A stretch of 32,017 bases of DNA, taken from Candidatus Diapherotrites archaeon CG10_big_fil_rev_8_21_14_0_10_31_34. Its GTDB lineage: Archaea > Iainarchaeota > Iainarchaeia > Iainarchaeales > 1-14-0-10-31-34. This document shows, piece after piece, positions 1 through 9,183 of the stretch. The first letter of the stretch is position 1. Every line of letters starts with the position of its first letter. The notes beneath the pieces are model-generated. The model saw only the letters and a list, made by a program, of their open reading frames with translations, did not search any database and was not told the origin of the DNA. The position numbers and the translations under genes were made by a program. The stretch spans positions 10,090 to 42,106 of the forward strand of contig PFAI01000057.1 of NCBI GenBank assembly GCA_002763225.1, written 5' to 3'.

Positions 1-2
1 CA

Positions 3-1514
3 ATGATTGGAACTCTTCCCTCAAAAAAATATATTGGGCCATATGAAATTTCATTGAAATTTAAAGGAGAAAGTACAAGCGAACAACGCGAAACAGTTAC
101 TGATGCATTTGAAAAAGCATTAGCAGTAAGCGTTCAAAAAGGGAATTTTTTTGAAGTGGTTAACTGTGAAAACGGGGATCCGGAAAACTGTGTCGGAACA
201 TTTTATTTAAATTTAAGGATAGGAGAATTAGATGATAAAACATATGAATCTTTTCCTCAGATTAAAATAAAAAATTCCAGAACCCAAAGAATATTACAGG
301 AATCAATTTTTCCTAAAGGAGACATAAAAATTTATATTCCAATCAGATTATTCAAGGCAATGGCTGAAGCAAGAGCTTTAGCATTGGAATTCGGAGAAGA
401 AAAAGGAAATTTATGGAAAACAAATTATGGATTGTTTTCTCCAAGAATCCACAATGAAATAGAAGAAATGAAATTAGGAATATGTGATTCAGGTTATTGT
501 TCTGTAAGAACAAATCCTTATGTTCATCCGGAATTTGAAAACATGGATGGAATTGGCTGTCCAAACACCCAAAATAATATAGGAGCATCACTTGCAACTT
601 TTACTGAAATAATTCCAGTGTATTGCACTCAGGATTTAAAAAACAGAGGCATTTGCAGTAATGTCGGGGCAACAATATTTTATTATAATCCAAGCCGGCA
701 GGCAGATAGTGCAAGCCAATCAAACAGGCTTGCAATGCTTGCAGAATTAAGATTATGTTATTTAGCTGGAGAAAATTACAACACAGGAAATTATTTGGAT
801 CCAATAGTTGATGGATTAAATTTAATTAATAATACTTCAAGCGGATTGCCTTGTGATTTAGGAGGAGGAAAAAGCATTTCTTTTTCAATTAGCGCAACAC
901 CAAGAAATTCAGTTAAAATTGAATCACCTGGAATATCTGGAAATGTTTCATTAGGAAGTTCTACATTAACTGCATATAATGCAAATTATCCTTATTCAGA
1001 GTCTGGCTCAAATTGCCCTCAGATTTCTTCTGCCGGAACAATTTTAATGGGAAATTTTGGAGTAGGAATTGAAGAAATTAATGGAACAGAAAAAATTGTT
1101 CAAAAAACAACAGATGATCCATGTGTTTTTAATGGTTCTAATATGAGTTTTGGTTCAGGGCTTACAACACAATATACAACACAATATACAACACAATATG
1201 CAACATGCAGTGAAGTAACAAGAGTCGCAGTTAATTTAAGTTTTCAGGAAACAAACCAAAATTATATTGTAAATAAAACAAGAGAACCAGTTTATGTAAT
1301 TGAATTAGTTGACAACAAATTTACTCCAGATAAAGAAGAATTAAACTTTCATCAAAAAGAAGATTATAAAATAGACACAACAACTTGTGGTTTTGAAGAA
1401 AACTCTCAATCAAATTCAAATGAATGTGTTGACAGCGAATGGATATGCGAAAGTATTCCAGCAACAGCATCAGGAGGGCCTTCAACATTTACAGGGGGCT
1501 GCAAAGTTAAATAA
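3..1514 (+). CDS. Cysteine-rich secreted/surface protein, C-terminal 503 aa (5' end lies outside the window)
   Basis: The ORF is open from the window edge to TAA at 1512-1514. Its purine-rich coding-strand composition matches the neighbouring genes. It has many Cys residues and N-x-S/T sequons and no hydrophobic core segment. I recognise no family and no obvious similarity to the three giant paralogs downstream. Confidence 0.6.
   Translation: MIGTLPSKKYIGPYEISLKFKGESTSEQRETVTDAFEKALAVSVQKGNFFEVVNCENGDPENCVGTFYLNLRIGELDDKTYESFPQIKIKNSRTQRILQESIFPKGDIKIYIPIRLFKAMAEARALALEFGEEKGNLWKTNYGLFSPRIHNEIEEMKLGICDSGYCSVRTNPYVHPEFENMDGIGCPNTQNNIGASLATFTEIIPVYCTQDLKNRGICSNVGATIFYYNPSRQADSASQSNRLAMLAELRLCYLAGENYNTGNYLDPIVDGLNLINNTSSGLPCDLGGGKSISFSISATPRNSVKIESPGISGNVSLGSSTLTAYNANYPYSESGSNCPQISSAGTILMGNFGVGIEEINGTEKIVQKTTDDPCVFNGSNMSFGSGLTTQYTTQYTTQYATCSEVTRVAVNLSFQETNQNYIVNKTREPVYVIELVDNKFTPDKEELNFHQKEDYKIDTTTCGFEENSQSNSNECVDSEWICESIPATASGGPSTFTGGCKVK
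1164..1199 (+). repeat. Perfect in-frame tandem repeat, 3 x 12 nt (acaacacaatat), encoding TTQY x3
   Basis: Read directly: three identical 12-mers at 1164-1175, 1176-1187 and 1188-1199, in frame with the 3..1514 ORF (TTQYTTQYTTQY, then ATC). Confidence 0.95.
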
Positions 1515-1563
1515 AATTTAATTGAATTCCTGTGAATTTTGCAGTTTAAAAGGAGTAAAACAC

Positions 1564-1586
1564 AAAAATATATAAACAATTAAATA
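1564..1586 (+). promoter_or_regulatory. Candidate archaeal promoter region for giant gene 1: TATA-like aaaatatataaa followed by the 13-mer aaacaattaaata
   Basis: An AT-rich TATA-like box at 1564-1575 lies in the 126-nt intergenic gap. The 13-mer at 1574-1586 recurs exactly at 16029-16041, upstream of giant gene 3. TATA-like strings are common in this AT-rich DNA, so support is weak. Confidence 0.35.
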
Positions 1587-1640
1587 CACAAAAGTAATTA
1601 GTTATACATCATTAAACATAATTTTGAGGGGAAGGTAGTT

Positions 1641-4600
1641 ATGGGCTTAAAAGAGATTTATTCAGCCATTGAAGAAAAGTATTACGGCTTGATGGACGGC
1701 ATAGATAAAACAGGAATCCCAGTATATAAAGTCATAGATTTTTTTGAATCAAAAAACATTCCTTCTTTCCCATTATTTATCATATTTATTCTCCTTATAA
1801 TTGGCGGATCATTTTTCCTTTTAACCGGAGCAGGCGGCTTTCTTGAAACAACAACAGATTTTTCAGTTATAGTTAAATCAGATGGAATAGGAGTAGATGC
1901 AGCAACACTAACTTATGAATTAAAAGGAGAAAAAAAAACTGTTACAACTGATTCAGATGGAAAAGCAAAACTTGAAGTAATAACAGGAAAAGATTTTATT
2001 GTAACTGCAGCAAAAGAAGGATTCAAAGAATCAAAAGCAACATTTAATTCTTCAAAAGACACAACAGGATTAATGGTTTTAATTTCAAGTTTATTACAGC
2101 CAATTAGAGTCCAGTTACTGGGAAAAGGAAATGAATTATTAAGCAAAAATATTACTGTAAATTTTACTTGCACAGAAAACAATGAATGGAATGAAAGAAT
2201 AACTGTTTCAACAGGAAGCGCAGAACTAAGTGATGTTCCGGCTGACTGCGGAACAATTTTAGCTGAACCAGCAGGAATGCAATGCGATGAATGCAATTTT
2301 AGAGCTGACGGTTCATTAATTAAAATTTATTTAGATGAAGTTGAAACAGAAACAGGAACAATTTCTTTTACAATAGAAGATTCAACAGGAAATTTATTGG
2401 ATGGAATTGAAGTATTAGTTATTCCTGCCGGAACCACTATAGCAGAAAACTCCTGCACAACATATAATGGAATGTGCAATGCTGAAGTTCCTTTTGGAGA
2501 ATATTATGTCAGGGCAACAGATTATTCAGGAAAAATGAAGGACTTTGATTCCAAAGGAAAAACAAATAATATTATAATTAATTCAAACAACCAAAATATT
2601 GAATTTAATACTATTACATTAGAAGAAGGAGCAATAGGAGAAATAAAACTAAGAGTAAAAGATTCAGATGGAAAAGCAATAGAAAATGCTTTAGTTAAAT
2701 TATTCAAAGACGGAACAGAAACAAGAGAACAAAGAACTACTTCTTCAGGAGAAGCAGTAATAAAAGTTGCAGAACAAATAAATTACACTATAACAATAAC
2801 TCATCCGGATTATTTGAATTCAGGTTCAAAAACTGTTTCACCTAAAACAGATTTTTATGAAATAATTTTAGAGCAGGCAACAGCATCAAATAAAAGAGCA
2901 ATAAGTGTTTCAGTTGTAGATGAAAAAGGAGAACCAGTTGAAAACACTAAATTGTTTTTGAAGGACGCAGATACACTAAATATTGTTGGAGACGAAAAAA
3001 TAACCGGCTTTGACGGAAAAGCAGTTTTTGACAGAGTAGCTGAAGGAGAATATATTGTCAGAGCAGAAAAAAGAGGGTTTGAAGGAAAAGACTCAAAAAG
3101 AATTGAAGTAAAAGAAAAAGAACCACAAGAAGTTACAATAGCTTTAGATATAGGTGAAGGAACACTTGAAGTAACTGTAGTGGATAAAGAAAGACAGCCA
3201 ATTCAGTCAGCAACAGTTAAAGTAAAAGATTTTTATTCAAACCAAGAGTATGCAGTTTATTCAACTGACCAGGAAGGCAAAAAAAGTTTTACTATTAGGG
3301 CAGACAAAAAAGTTTTTTTGGAAGTAAGCGAATCAAGCCACTCAAATTATATTAGTGCACCAATCCAAATGTTTGACGGAACCGAAGAAAAAACAATTAT
3401 ATTAGAAGACGAAATTAGTGTATTCCAGGTTAAATTAGATTCACTTGAATTAGAAGGACAAGCATTAGAAGATGAAACAGTTAATCAGGGAAAAACATAC
3501 AAAGCAGTATTCAAAGTAATGATTCCAAGAGGAACAGTTTCAACTGAAGCAGGAACCCATATTAGAACAGGAGCAGACACAAAAAACCAAAACAATACAA
3601 TGGAAAAAGATGATCTTTATATTAAAAGTGTCAGCGCAGCAAACGCAAAAATAATTAAAGGAACAACATTTAATCCAAGCACAGGAGAAGGAATAGATAA
3701 TTCTCATTTAACTTCAGGAAACGCTAAATGGGCAAACATAATATTCAATAATGTAAAAGAAGCAGCATATGAAATAATTGCAGTAATTCAAGTAAGAGAA
3801 ACAGTAAGCGGAACAGACATGGAATTAGCTTACAGAGGATGGGTAATTGAAGGAGGATACCAAAGAGACCCGTTTGACTCAGAATTACAGGAAGCAGAAA
3901 ACACTGGAATAAAACAAGGATTATATGCTGAAGCAAGACACGAGCCATTAAGAATTGGGGCATCAAGTTTGTGTTCAGAAAACTTTTGCACAAGTTTTAC
4001 TGCAAGAGATTTAGCTAATGCAACAAGAACAAATATAGTTGATTCATTTCCGGCAGAAATTTCATCTAATTATGAATTAGAATTTAATATAATCAGCATA
4101 AGCGAAAAAGCTTATTCTAACAGCGAATTAGTAATAGAAGGAAAAGGACTGAAATTAAATTCATATGAAATTGAAGGCGACAAAAAAAATGCTTCAGACA
4201 AAATAGTTATTCCGATTGGAAGCATTTCAAAAGGGCAAAAAATGTCAGGCAAAATAAATTTCACCACTAAAAGCGAGGGAACAAACAGAATTGATTTCAG
4301 CTTGTTTGGCGAGAGTTTAAACTTAGGAAAAGAAAAAATATTGTTTAAGCCAATCAGAGCAGAAGTGGCTTTAGCAAAAACAATGAATATAATTACTACT
4401 CCAAAAAATTTGGTTCCTTTTATCCAAAACAATTTACTGGTTAAATTAACTGATGAAGAAGAAAATGATTTAGCTGAAACAACAATAAAAATAGAAAAAG
4501 ACAATGAAACTGTTTCAATTGGAAAAACTGATTCAAAAGGAATTTATGCTTTTAGTTTTGAAGCATTAAACGCAGGAACAGAAATAAAAATTACTGCAGA

Positions 4601-7600
4601 AAAAGCAGGATTTAATCTAGCAGAAAAAATAATTAATATAAGTGAAAACATTGTTTCTTTTGTTCCAACAGAAATCAGTGAAAGCTTTAACGCAAAAAAA
4701 TATTCAGTACCGGTTACAAGAGATATTATAGTCAAAAACATCACTGAAATGCCTTTAACACTTCTTGATGTGGAATTAACTGATTCATTCAAGGGATTAA
4801 TTGAAACAAAAATTGAAAGCTATAATGAAGAACTGCTTGCCGGAGAACAAGGGCAAATATTAATTGATTTAGGTTTAACAGAAAAAGGAAGAAAAGTAAC
4901 TCAGCTTACTTCAGTTACAGGAGAAATAATAATTATATTTGAAGACCCTGAAACAGAAAAACAATGGACTGCAAGTGTTCCACTAAATATTACAATTGGT
5001 TTAGGAGGAGAAGTAGATTACACTGACTGCTTTTCAATTGCTCCAATTGAATGGAACATATTAACCCAAAACAAAACAAAAGAACTCAAATTAGTTTTAA
5101 ATAATTCTTGTACTGTAGACGGAGAAAATATTGCATTAAAAAACATTAAAGCAAAAGTAGTCTGGAAAGAAAATGCAATAGGAGACTTTGACTTAACTTC
5201 AACAATTGAAGGAACAAACTCAATTACCTTAAAAAACACTTACCAGATTTTAGCTGAAGAATTCAATCCAACTTCAGGAGAAGAAGAAAATTTAGGGTTA
5301 GTATTCCTTCCGGATGACATTCCAACAGGAAGCGGAACAGCAACAGTTTACTTGGAAGCAGTTAACCCGACAGAAAACGGAGAACAATTATTAAAACAAA
5401 AAATTGAAGTAAATGTTCAGATAAGCGATTTAACTGAATGCCTGAGAATTACCCCAACAAACAACCAGCTAAGAATTCAAATGAATTATTATAACCAAGG
5501 ATGGGGTTATAACAGCCAGTATTTTGGATATGATCCTACTGCTTCACAAGGAAGCGTTTTCAATAACAGCAATGTTGTTTCAGTTGGAGATTACAGGAGC
5601 CAGCAATGGCCTGCAACCTATAATTACATGGGCCAGTACACTAATCCACAGGCATATAATTCAGCATTAAATTATTCATGGAATTTTAATTCTTCAGGAA
5701 CCGCTTCAATTGAAATACAGAATAACTGCCCTTCACAGGTTCAAATTGAATTAGATCCTGCAGCAGAAATAAGTGTTTCTGACTCAACCATTATGCTGGA
5801 AGAAGGAGGAAGCAAAACAATTGAAGTAACTCCTTCAATGTTTATTGGGCAATATAAATTGGTTATAAAAGCAAAGTACAAGCAGTCAGATGAATCAGCT
5901 TCAGAAGTAGCAAGATACAATGTTTTGGTTGAATCAGAATTCATGAAAAATTACTATGACTGCATTACATTAAGCCCGACAACTTTCACTTTCAATGACA
6001 TTATAGCAAAACCAGTTGAAGGAATAATCTGGAATACCTGTTATGACCAGGGAGTAATATTAAGCCAGAACTCTATTCCATCAAGTTTGGATGGAACAGC
6101 AACATACACAAGCAACCAATATAATACGCTTTCAAATTCAACGCTTTATGCAGGCACCCAGGTTCAGACTGCACAAAACCAGAAAAAACTTGAAAGCTCT
6201 GGAATAATTAAATCAATCCAGATTTATCCAATAAGCAATAAACCTGGTGTAGACGGAAAAATCACTCAGGAACTAAGATTCAGGTTATGGAAAAATCTGG
6301 AGTACACGCCAAAAGACATTAAACTTCCTGATGACACAAATCCATTAGTTGAATTAGCTAATTTAAGGATTAGGTTAAGCGGACTGTATTACAAGGTTGA
6401 AGCAGAAGAAAGGCTTCCAATAACATTTTATAACACATCAGGATTACAGGAAACCCTTCCATTTGACATAATCATTGAAGATTTATGGGCATTAGCAGGA
6501 CAAGATATAATTGACTTTGGAAATGCAAATATTACCCACCAGCAATGCATTATGCAATTAAATTACACTGACAAAGCAAAAGTTGGGGGAACAAACCAAA
6601 GATGCTTTGAAAACGAAATATTCCAAAACGGAATACTGGATGTTGACGCACAAAAAGTAATAAAGAAAAAACAAGAAGCAAACGGGGGAAAAGATTATTG
6701 CGGTGACCCAGACAGAATTGCAGGAATAATTAACAACAGAATTGAATTAGACTCTGGAATAGTATTGCTTTTCAATATATATAACGGAGACAATATTAAA
6801 CTGACAATAGATAAAACTAATGCAACATGCAATCCAAAAAACATTTCAGGAACACTTTATGCAGAGCTTTCAAGAAGCAATCCTGCAACCACTAAAACAG
6901 TTTCAATTCCATACAAGTTATGCATTGACTTAAAAGGACTGCCTTTATGCACTGAAAAACCTTTGACTACTCCTGAAAAAGAATGCAAAGACAAAGCAGA
7001 GGATGAAACAAAAATAATAAGTGAAAGAATAGATGAAATATTAAAAGGAACAAAAGACAGGCAAACAAAAATTGATGAAATAATTGACGTTTTAAAAGAA
7101 GCCTGTTCAGATTTAACTGGAGAAGAACTCAAAAACATTGCAGAAAAAATGGTTGATGAAACTCCAACAACAGAAATAACAACATGCTCTGAAGGAGGAG
7201 TAACAGGAACAGGAGCTTATGAAAAATACTGTTTTAACACAATTAAATTAGACTGGAGCTGGGATTCAATTGGCATAAAAGAATGCGATTCAGAAGAAAC
7301 TTTCTGTGATTCCTCTCAGCTAACAATTGAATTAGCAAAAAAAGCAGCAAAAATAAATGAACTGGGAATAATAGAAATAGACCAGTTATGCAATGGTTAT
7401 TGTGGAGAAGACGTAAAGAATTCAGCGAATTTATTCAGGTTTTTGATAAACCAGACAAGAGTAAAAGATGAAATAACAGGAGCCACACAAGTATTTTTCA
7501 TTGACAATGATTACTCTATTATTGCAGGAACAAAATTCAGTGAAAAAGAATTAACAGAAGAGCTAAGGAAAACCGGATTAATTGCAGGCTGGTTAGAAAG

Positions 7601-9173
7601 CAGTTTAACCGGAAACGCAAAAACAGTAACTGATTTAGTTGATGACATAATAAAAGAAATGGAATCAAACAAAAACATAGACCTGAATTCAGTAGTAGGA
7701 GAAATTGATTTAGACAAAATTGATACAGGAATATTAGGCGCAGGAGAGCTGGAGAAAATGCTTGGAGCAGACAGAATTGAAACAGGAGCAAACAAATATT
7801 TTGTTACATTTAATGAATACAAAGAATTCAGAAACAAGCTAAAAGCATGCATTACAGCAAATCCTAATGCAATAGAATGCCCGATAGAAAAAGTAAAAAA
7901 TAAATCATCAGGAACAACAAATACAATTATAGTTAATCTTGATATGATGAAAGAATTACAGCAAAACATTGAATTCAAAGTAGGAATAAGAAATGTTAAA
8001 GAAATTTCAGAAGAAGATAAAATAACAATTATGCAAAAAGGAAAAGTAAGAGTAAAAGAAAAACTAAAACAATTTGGATATAACACATTACTAGAATTTT
8101 ACAAAGAAAACATTGAATTCACTGCCTACTTAAAAAAAGACGGTTTTGGTTCAGGGTTTAATTCAGACTTCTATAACGCATACTTAAATGAAGCAAAAGC
8201 AGATGAAGGAAAAATACTGGAAGAATTCAAATCAGGAACAGCATGGAAATTCAAAACAAAAAACAACTCAATCGAAACAGGAAGCCACAAAGTATTATTA
8301 GCCTATGACTGGTTTGCTAATAAAAACACTGAAGTGACAATCACATTAGAAGACAAAATGGAAAAACTTCATCCAGAATGCCAAAACAATTATTTATTTA
8401 ACATTCCGTTTGACGGAAAAATAGGATATGAAGACAATAAAAGAGAAGGTTATGGAACAAAATATGGAACAGATAATTCAGTTAACGAAATTTATCTGAA
8501 TACAAAAATTGCATTAAAAGATGATTTAACAAATGGAATTAGCTCTTATAACGCAGAAAAATCAAATAAATTTGGAGACAGCAGAAGCGGAACAATACTG
8601 GAAATCAATGAAGACAAAACATTTAATTTTACTCCATCAAAAGCAATTGGATTAAAAGCAGACCTTTCTTCAAGCGGAAGCAAAGGAGTATTCTATGATT
8701 TAATGCATGGACAAACACAGGTAATTGGAATAAAAGAAGAAACAGGATTAAGCTATTTGTTTAACTGGACTGCAGGACAAGATAATAAACAAAAAGAAAG
8801 CCAGTTAAACAAAGCAGACCAGACATGCACTCAGGAAAGATTTGGAATAATCTTTGAAGCAAATGCAAAAGAAATCCAAAAAGTATTAAGCTTTATTCCA
8901 GTGGAATGGGGCTATAATTTCAAAAGGCAATGCAGTAATGGAATTGATTCAATGACCGGATATGCATTTGATGAAAACGGAAAAGCAGAAAAAACAATCA
9001 TTCCGGCAAACGGAACTTTTACTTCACAAGACATGTATGGGGACACAGCAAAAAACACAAGCCTGCAGAAATGGATTGAAGACATTAAAACAGGAAATGT
9101 TTGTGTTACTACAACCACAAAAGAATTCAAGCTTGAATGGAATAAACAAAAATTAATGGCGGAGCTAAGCTAA
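1641..9173 (+). CDS. Giant membrane-anchored surface protein, paralog 1 (2510 aa): conserved N-terminal leader, one TM anchor, tandem CarboxypepD_reg-like beta-sandwich repeats, Cys-marked central region, conserved C-terminal module
   Basis: An uninterrupted 7.5-kb ORF with ATG at 1641, preceded by gaggggaaggt (1626-1636, SD-like). The N-terminus is MGLKEIYSAIEEKYY...IPSF, followed by a hydrophobic helix (about nt 1764-1835). About six ~80-aa repeats span roughly nt 1857-3410, for example ISVSVVDEKGEPVENTKLFLKD...GKAVFDRVAEGEYIVRAEKRGF, which is typical of carboxypeptidase regulatory-like/Ig-like folds. Landmarks shared with the other two giants include LCSENFC, GGEVD..C and KLDWSW...FCDSSQ. 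N-glycosylation sequons are abundant. Confidence 0.9.
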   Translation: MGLKEIYSAIEEKYYGLMDGIDKTGIPVYKVIDFFESKNIPSFPLFIIFILLIIGGSFFLLTGAGGFLETTTDFSVIVKSDGIGVDAATLTYELKGEKKTVTTDSDGKAKLEVITGKDFIVTAAKEGFKESKATFNSSKDTTGLMVLISSLLQPIRVQLLGKGNELLSKNITVNFTCTENNEWNERITVSTGSAELSDVPADCGTILAEPAGMQCDECNFRADGSLIKIYLDEVETETGTISFTIEDSTGNLLDGIEVLVIPAGTTIAENSCTTYNGMCNAEVPFGEYYVRATDYSGKMKDFDSKGKTNNIIINSNNQNIEFNTITLEEGAIGEIKLRVKDSDGKAIENALVKLFKDGTETREQRTTSSGEAVIKVAEQINYTITITHPDYLNSGSKTVSPKTDFYEIILEQATASNKRAISVSVVDEKGEPVENTKLFLKDADTLNIVGDEKITGFDGKAVFDRVAEGEYIVRAEKRGFEGKDSKRIEVKEKEPQEVTIALDIGEGTLEVTVVDKERQPIQSATVKVKDFYSNQEYAVYSTDQEGKKSFTIRADKKVFLEVSESSHSNYISAPIQMFDGTEEKTIILEDEISVFQVKLDSLELEGQALEDETVNQGKTYKAVFKVMIPRGTVSTEAGTHIRTGADTKNQNNTMEKDDLYIKSVSAANAKIIKGTTFNPSTGEGIDNSHLTSGNAKWANIIFNNVKEAAYEIIAVIQVRETVSGTDMELAYRGWVIEGGYQRDPFDSELQEAENTGIKQGLYAEARHEPLRIGASSLCSENFCTSFTARDLANATRTNIVDSFPAEISSNYELEFNIISISEKAYSNSELVIEGKGLKLNSYEIEGDKKNASDKIVIPIGSISKGQKMSGKINFTTKSEGTNRIDFSLFGESLNLGKEKILFKPIRAEVALAKTMNIITTPKNLVPFIQNNLLVKLTDEEENDLAETTIKIEKDNETVSIGKTDSKGIYAFSFEALNAGTEIKITAEKAGFNLAEKIINISENIVSFVPTEISESFNAKKYSVPVTRDIIVKNITEMPLTLLDVELTDSFKGLIETKIESYNEELLAGEQGQILIDLGLTEKGRKVTQLTSVTGEIIIIFEDPETEKQWTASVPLNITIGLGGEVDYTDCFSIAPIEWNILTQNKTKELKLVLNNSCTVDGENIALKNIKAKVVWKENAIGDFDLTSTIEGTNSITLKNTYQILAEEFNPTSGEEENLGLVFLPDDIPTGSGTATVYLEAVNPTENGEQLLKQKIEVNVQISDLTECLRITPTNNQLRIQMNYYNQGWGYNSQYFGYDPTASQGSVFNNSNVVSVGDYRSQQWPATYNYMGQYTNPQAYNSALNYSWNFNSSGTASIEIQNNCPSQVQIELDPAAEISVSDSTIMLEEGGSKTIEVTPSMFIGQYKLVIKAKYKQSDESASEVARYNVLVESEFMKNYYDCITLSPTTFTFNDIIAKPVEGIIWNTCYDQGVILSQNSIPSSLDGTATYTSNQYNTLSNSTLYAGTQVQTAQNQKKLESSGIIKSIQIYPISNKPGVDGKITQELRFRLWKNLEYTPKDIKLPDDTNPLVELANLRIRLSGLYYKVEAEERLPITFYNTSGLQETLPFDIIIEDLWALAGQDIIDFGNANITHQQCIMQLNYTDKAKVGGTNQRCFENEIFQNGILDVDAQKVIKKKQEANGGKDYCGDPDRIAGIINNRIELDSGIVLLFNIYNGDNIKLTIDKTNATCNPKNISGTLYAELSRSNPATTKTVSIPYKLCIDLKGLPLCTEKPLTTPEKECKDKAEDETKIISERIDEILKGTKDRQTKIDEIIDVLKEACSDLTGEELKNIAEKMVDETPTTEITTCSEGGVTGTGAYEKYCFNTIKLDWSWDSIGIKECDSEETFCDSSQLTIELAKKAAKINELGIIEIDQLCNGYCGEDVKNSANLFRFLINQTRVKDEITGATQVFFIDNDYSIIAGTKFSEKELTEELRKTGLIAGWLESSLTGNAKTVTDLVDDIIKEMESNKNIDLNSVVGEIDLDKIDTGILGAGELEKMLGADRIETGANKYFVTFNEYKEFRNKLKACITANPNAIECPIEKVKNKSSGTTNTIIVNLDMMKELQQNIEFKVGIRNVKEISEEDKITIMQKGKVRVKEKLKQFGYNTLLEFYKENIEFTAYLKKDGFGSGFNSDFYNAYLNEAKADEGKILEEFKSGTAWKFKTKNNSIETGSHKVLLAYDWFANKNTEVTITLEDKMEKLHPECQNNYLFNIPFDGKIGYEDNKREGYGTKYGTDNSVNEIYLNTKIALKDDLTNGISSYNAEKSNKFGDSRSGTILEINEDKTFNFTPSKAIGLKADLSSSGSKGVFYDLMHGQTQVIGIKEETGLSYLFNWTAGQDNKQKESQLNKADQTCTQERFGIIFEANAKEIQKVLSFIPVEWGYNFKRQCSNGIDSMTGYAFDENGKAEKTIIPANGTFTSQDMYGDTAKNTSLQKWIEDIKTGNVCVTTTTKEFKLEWNKQKLMAELS

Positions 9174-9183
9174 AGGTGATTAA

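Noticed and set aside
3969-3988. A 20-nt stretch identical between giant genes 1 and 2 (ttgtgttcagaaaacttttg at 3969-3988 and 11536-11555), followed after a 6-nt indel by another identical 12 nt. I considered it as a gene-conversion tract or an embedded nucleotide element.
   Set aside because: It encodes the conserved peptide LCSENFC / FTAR. With the strong AT-biased codon usage here, identical codons over seven residues are not surprising. The flanks diverge immediately.
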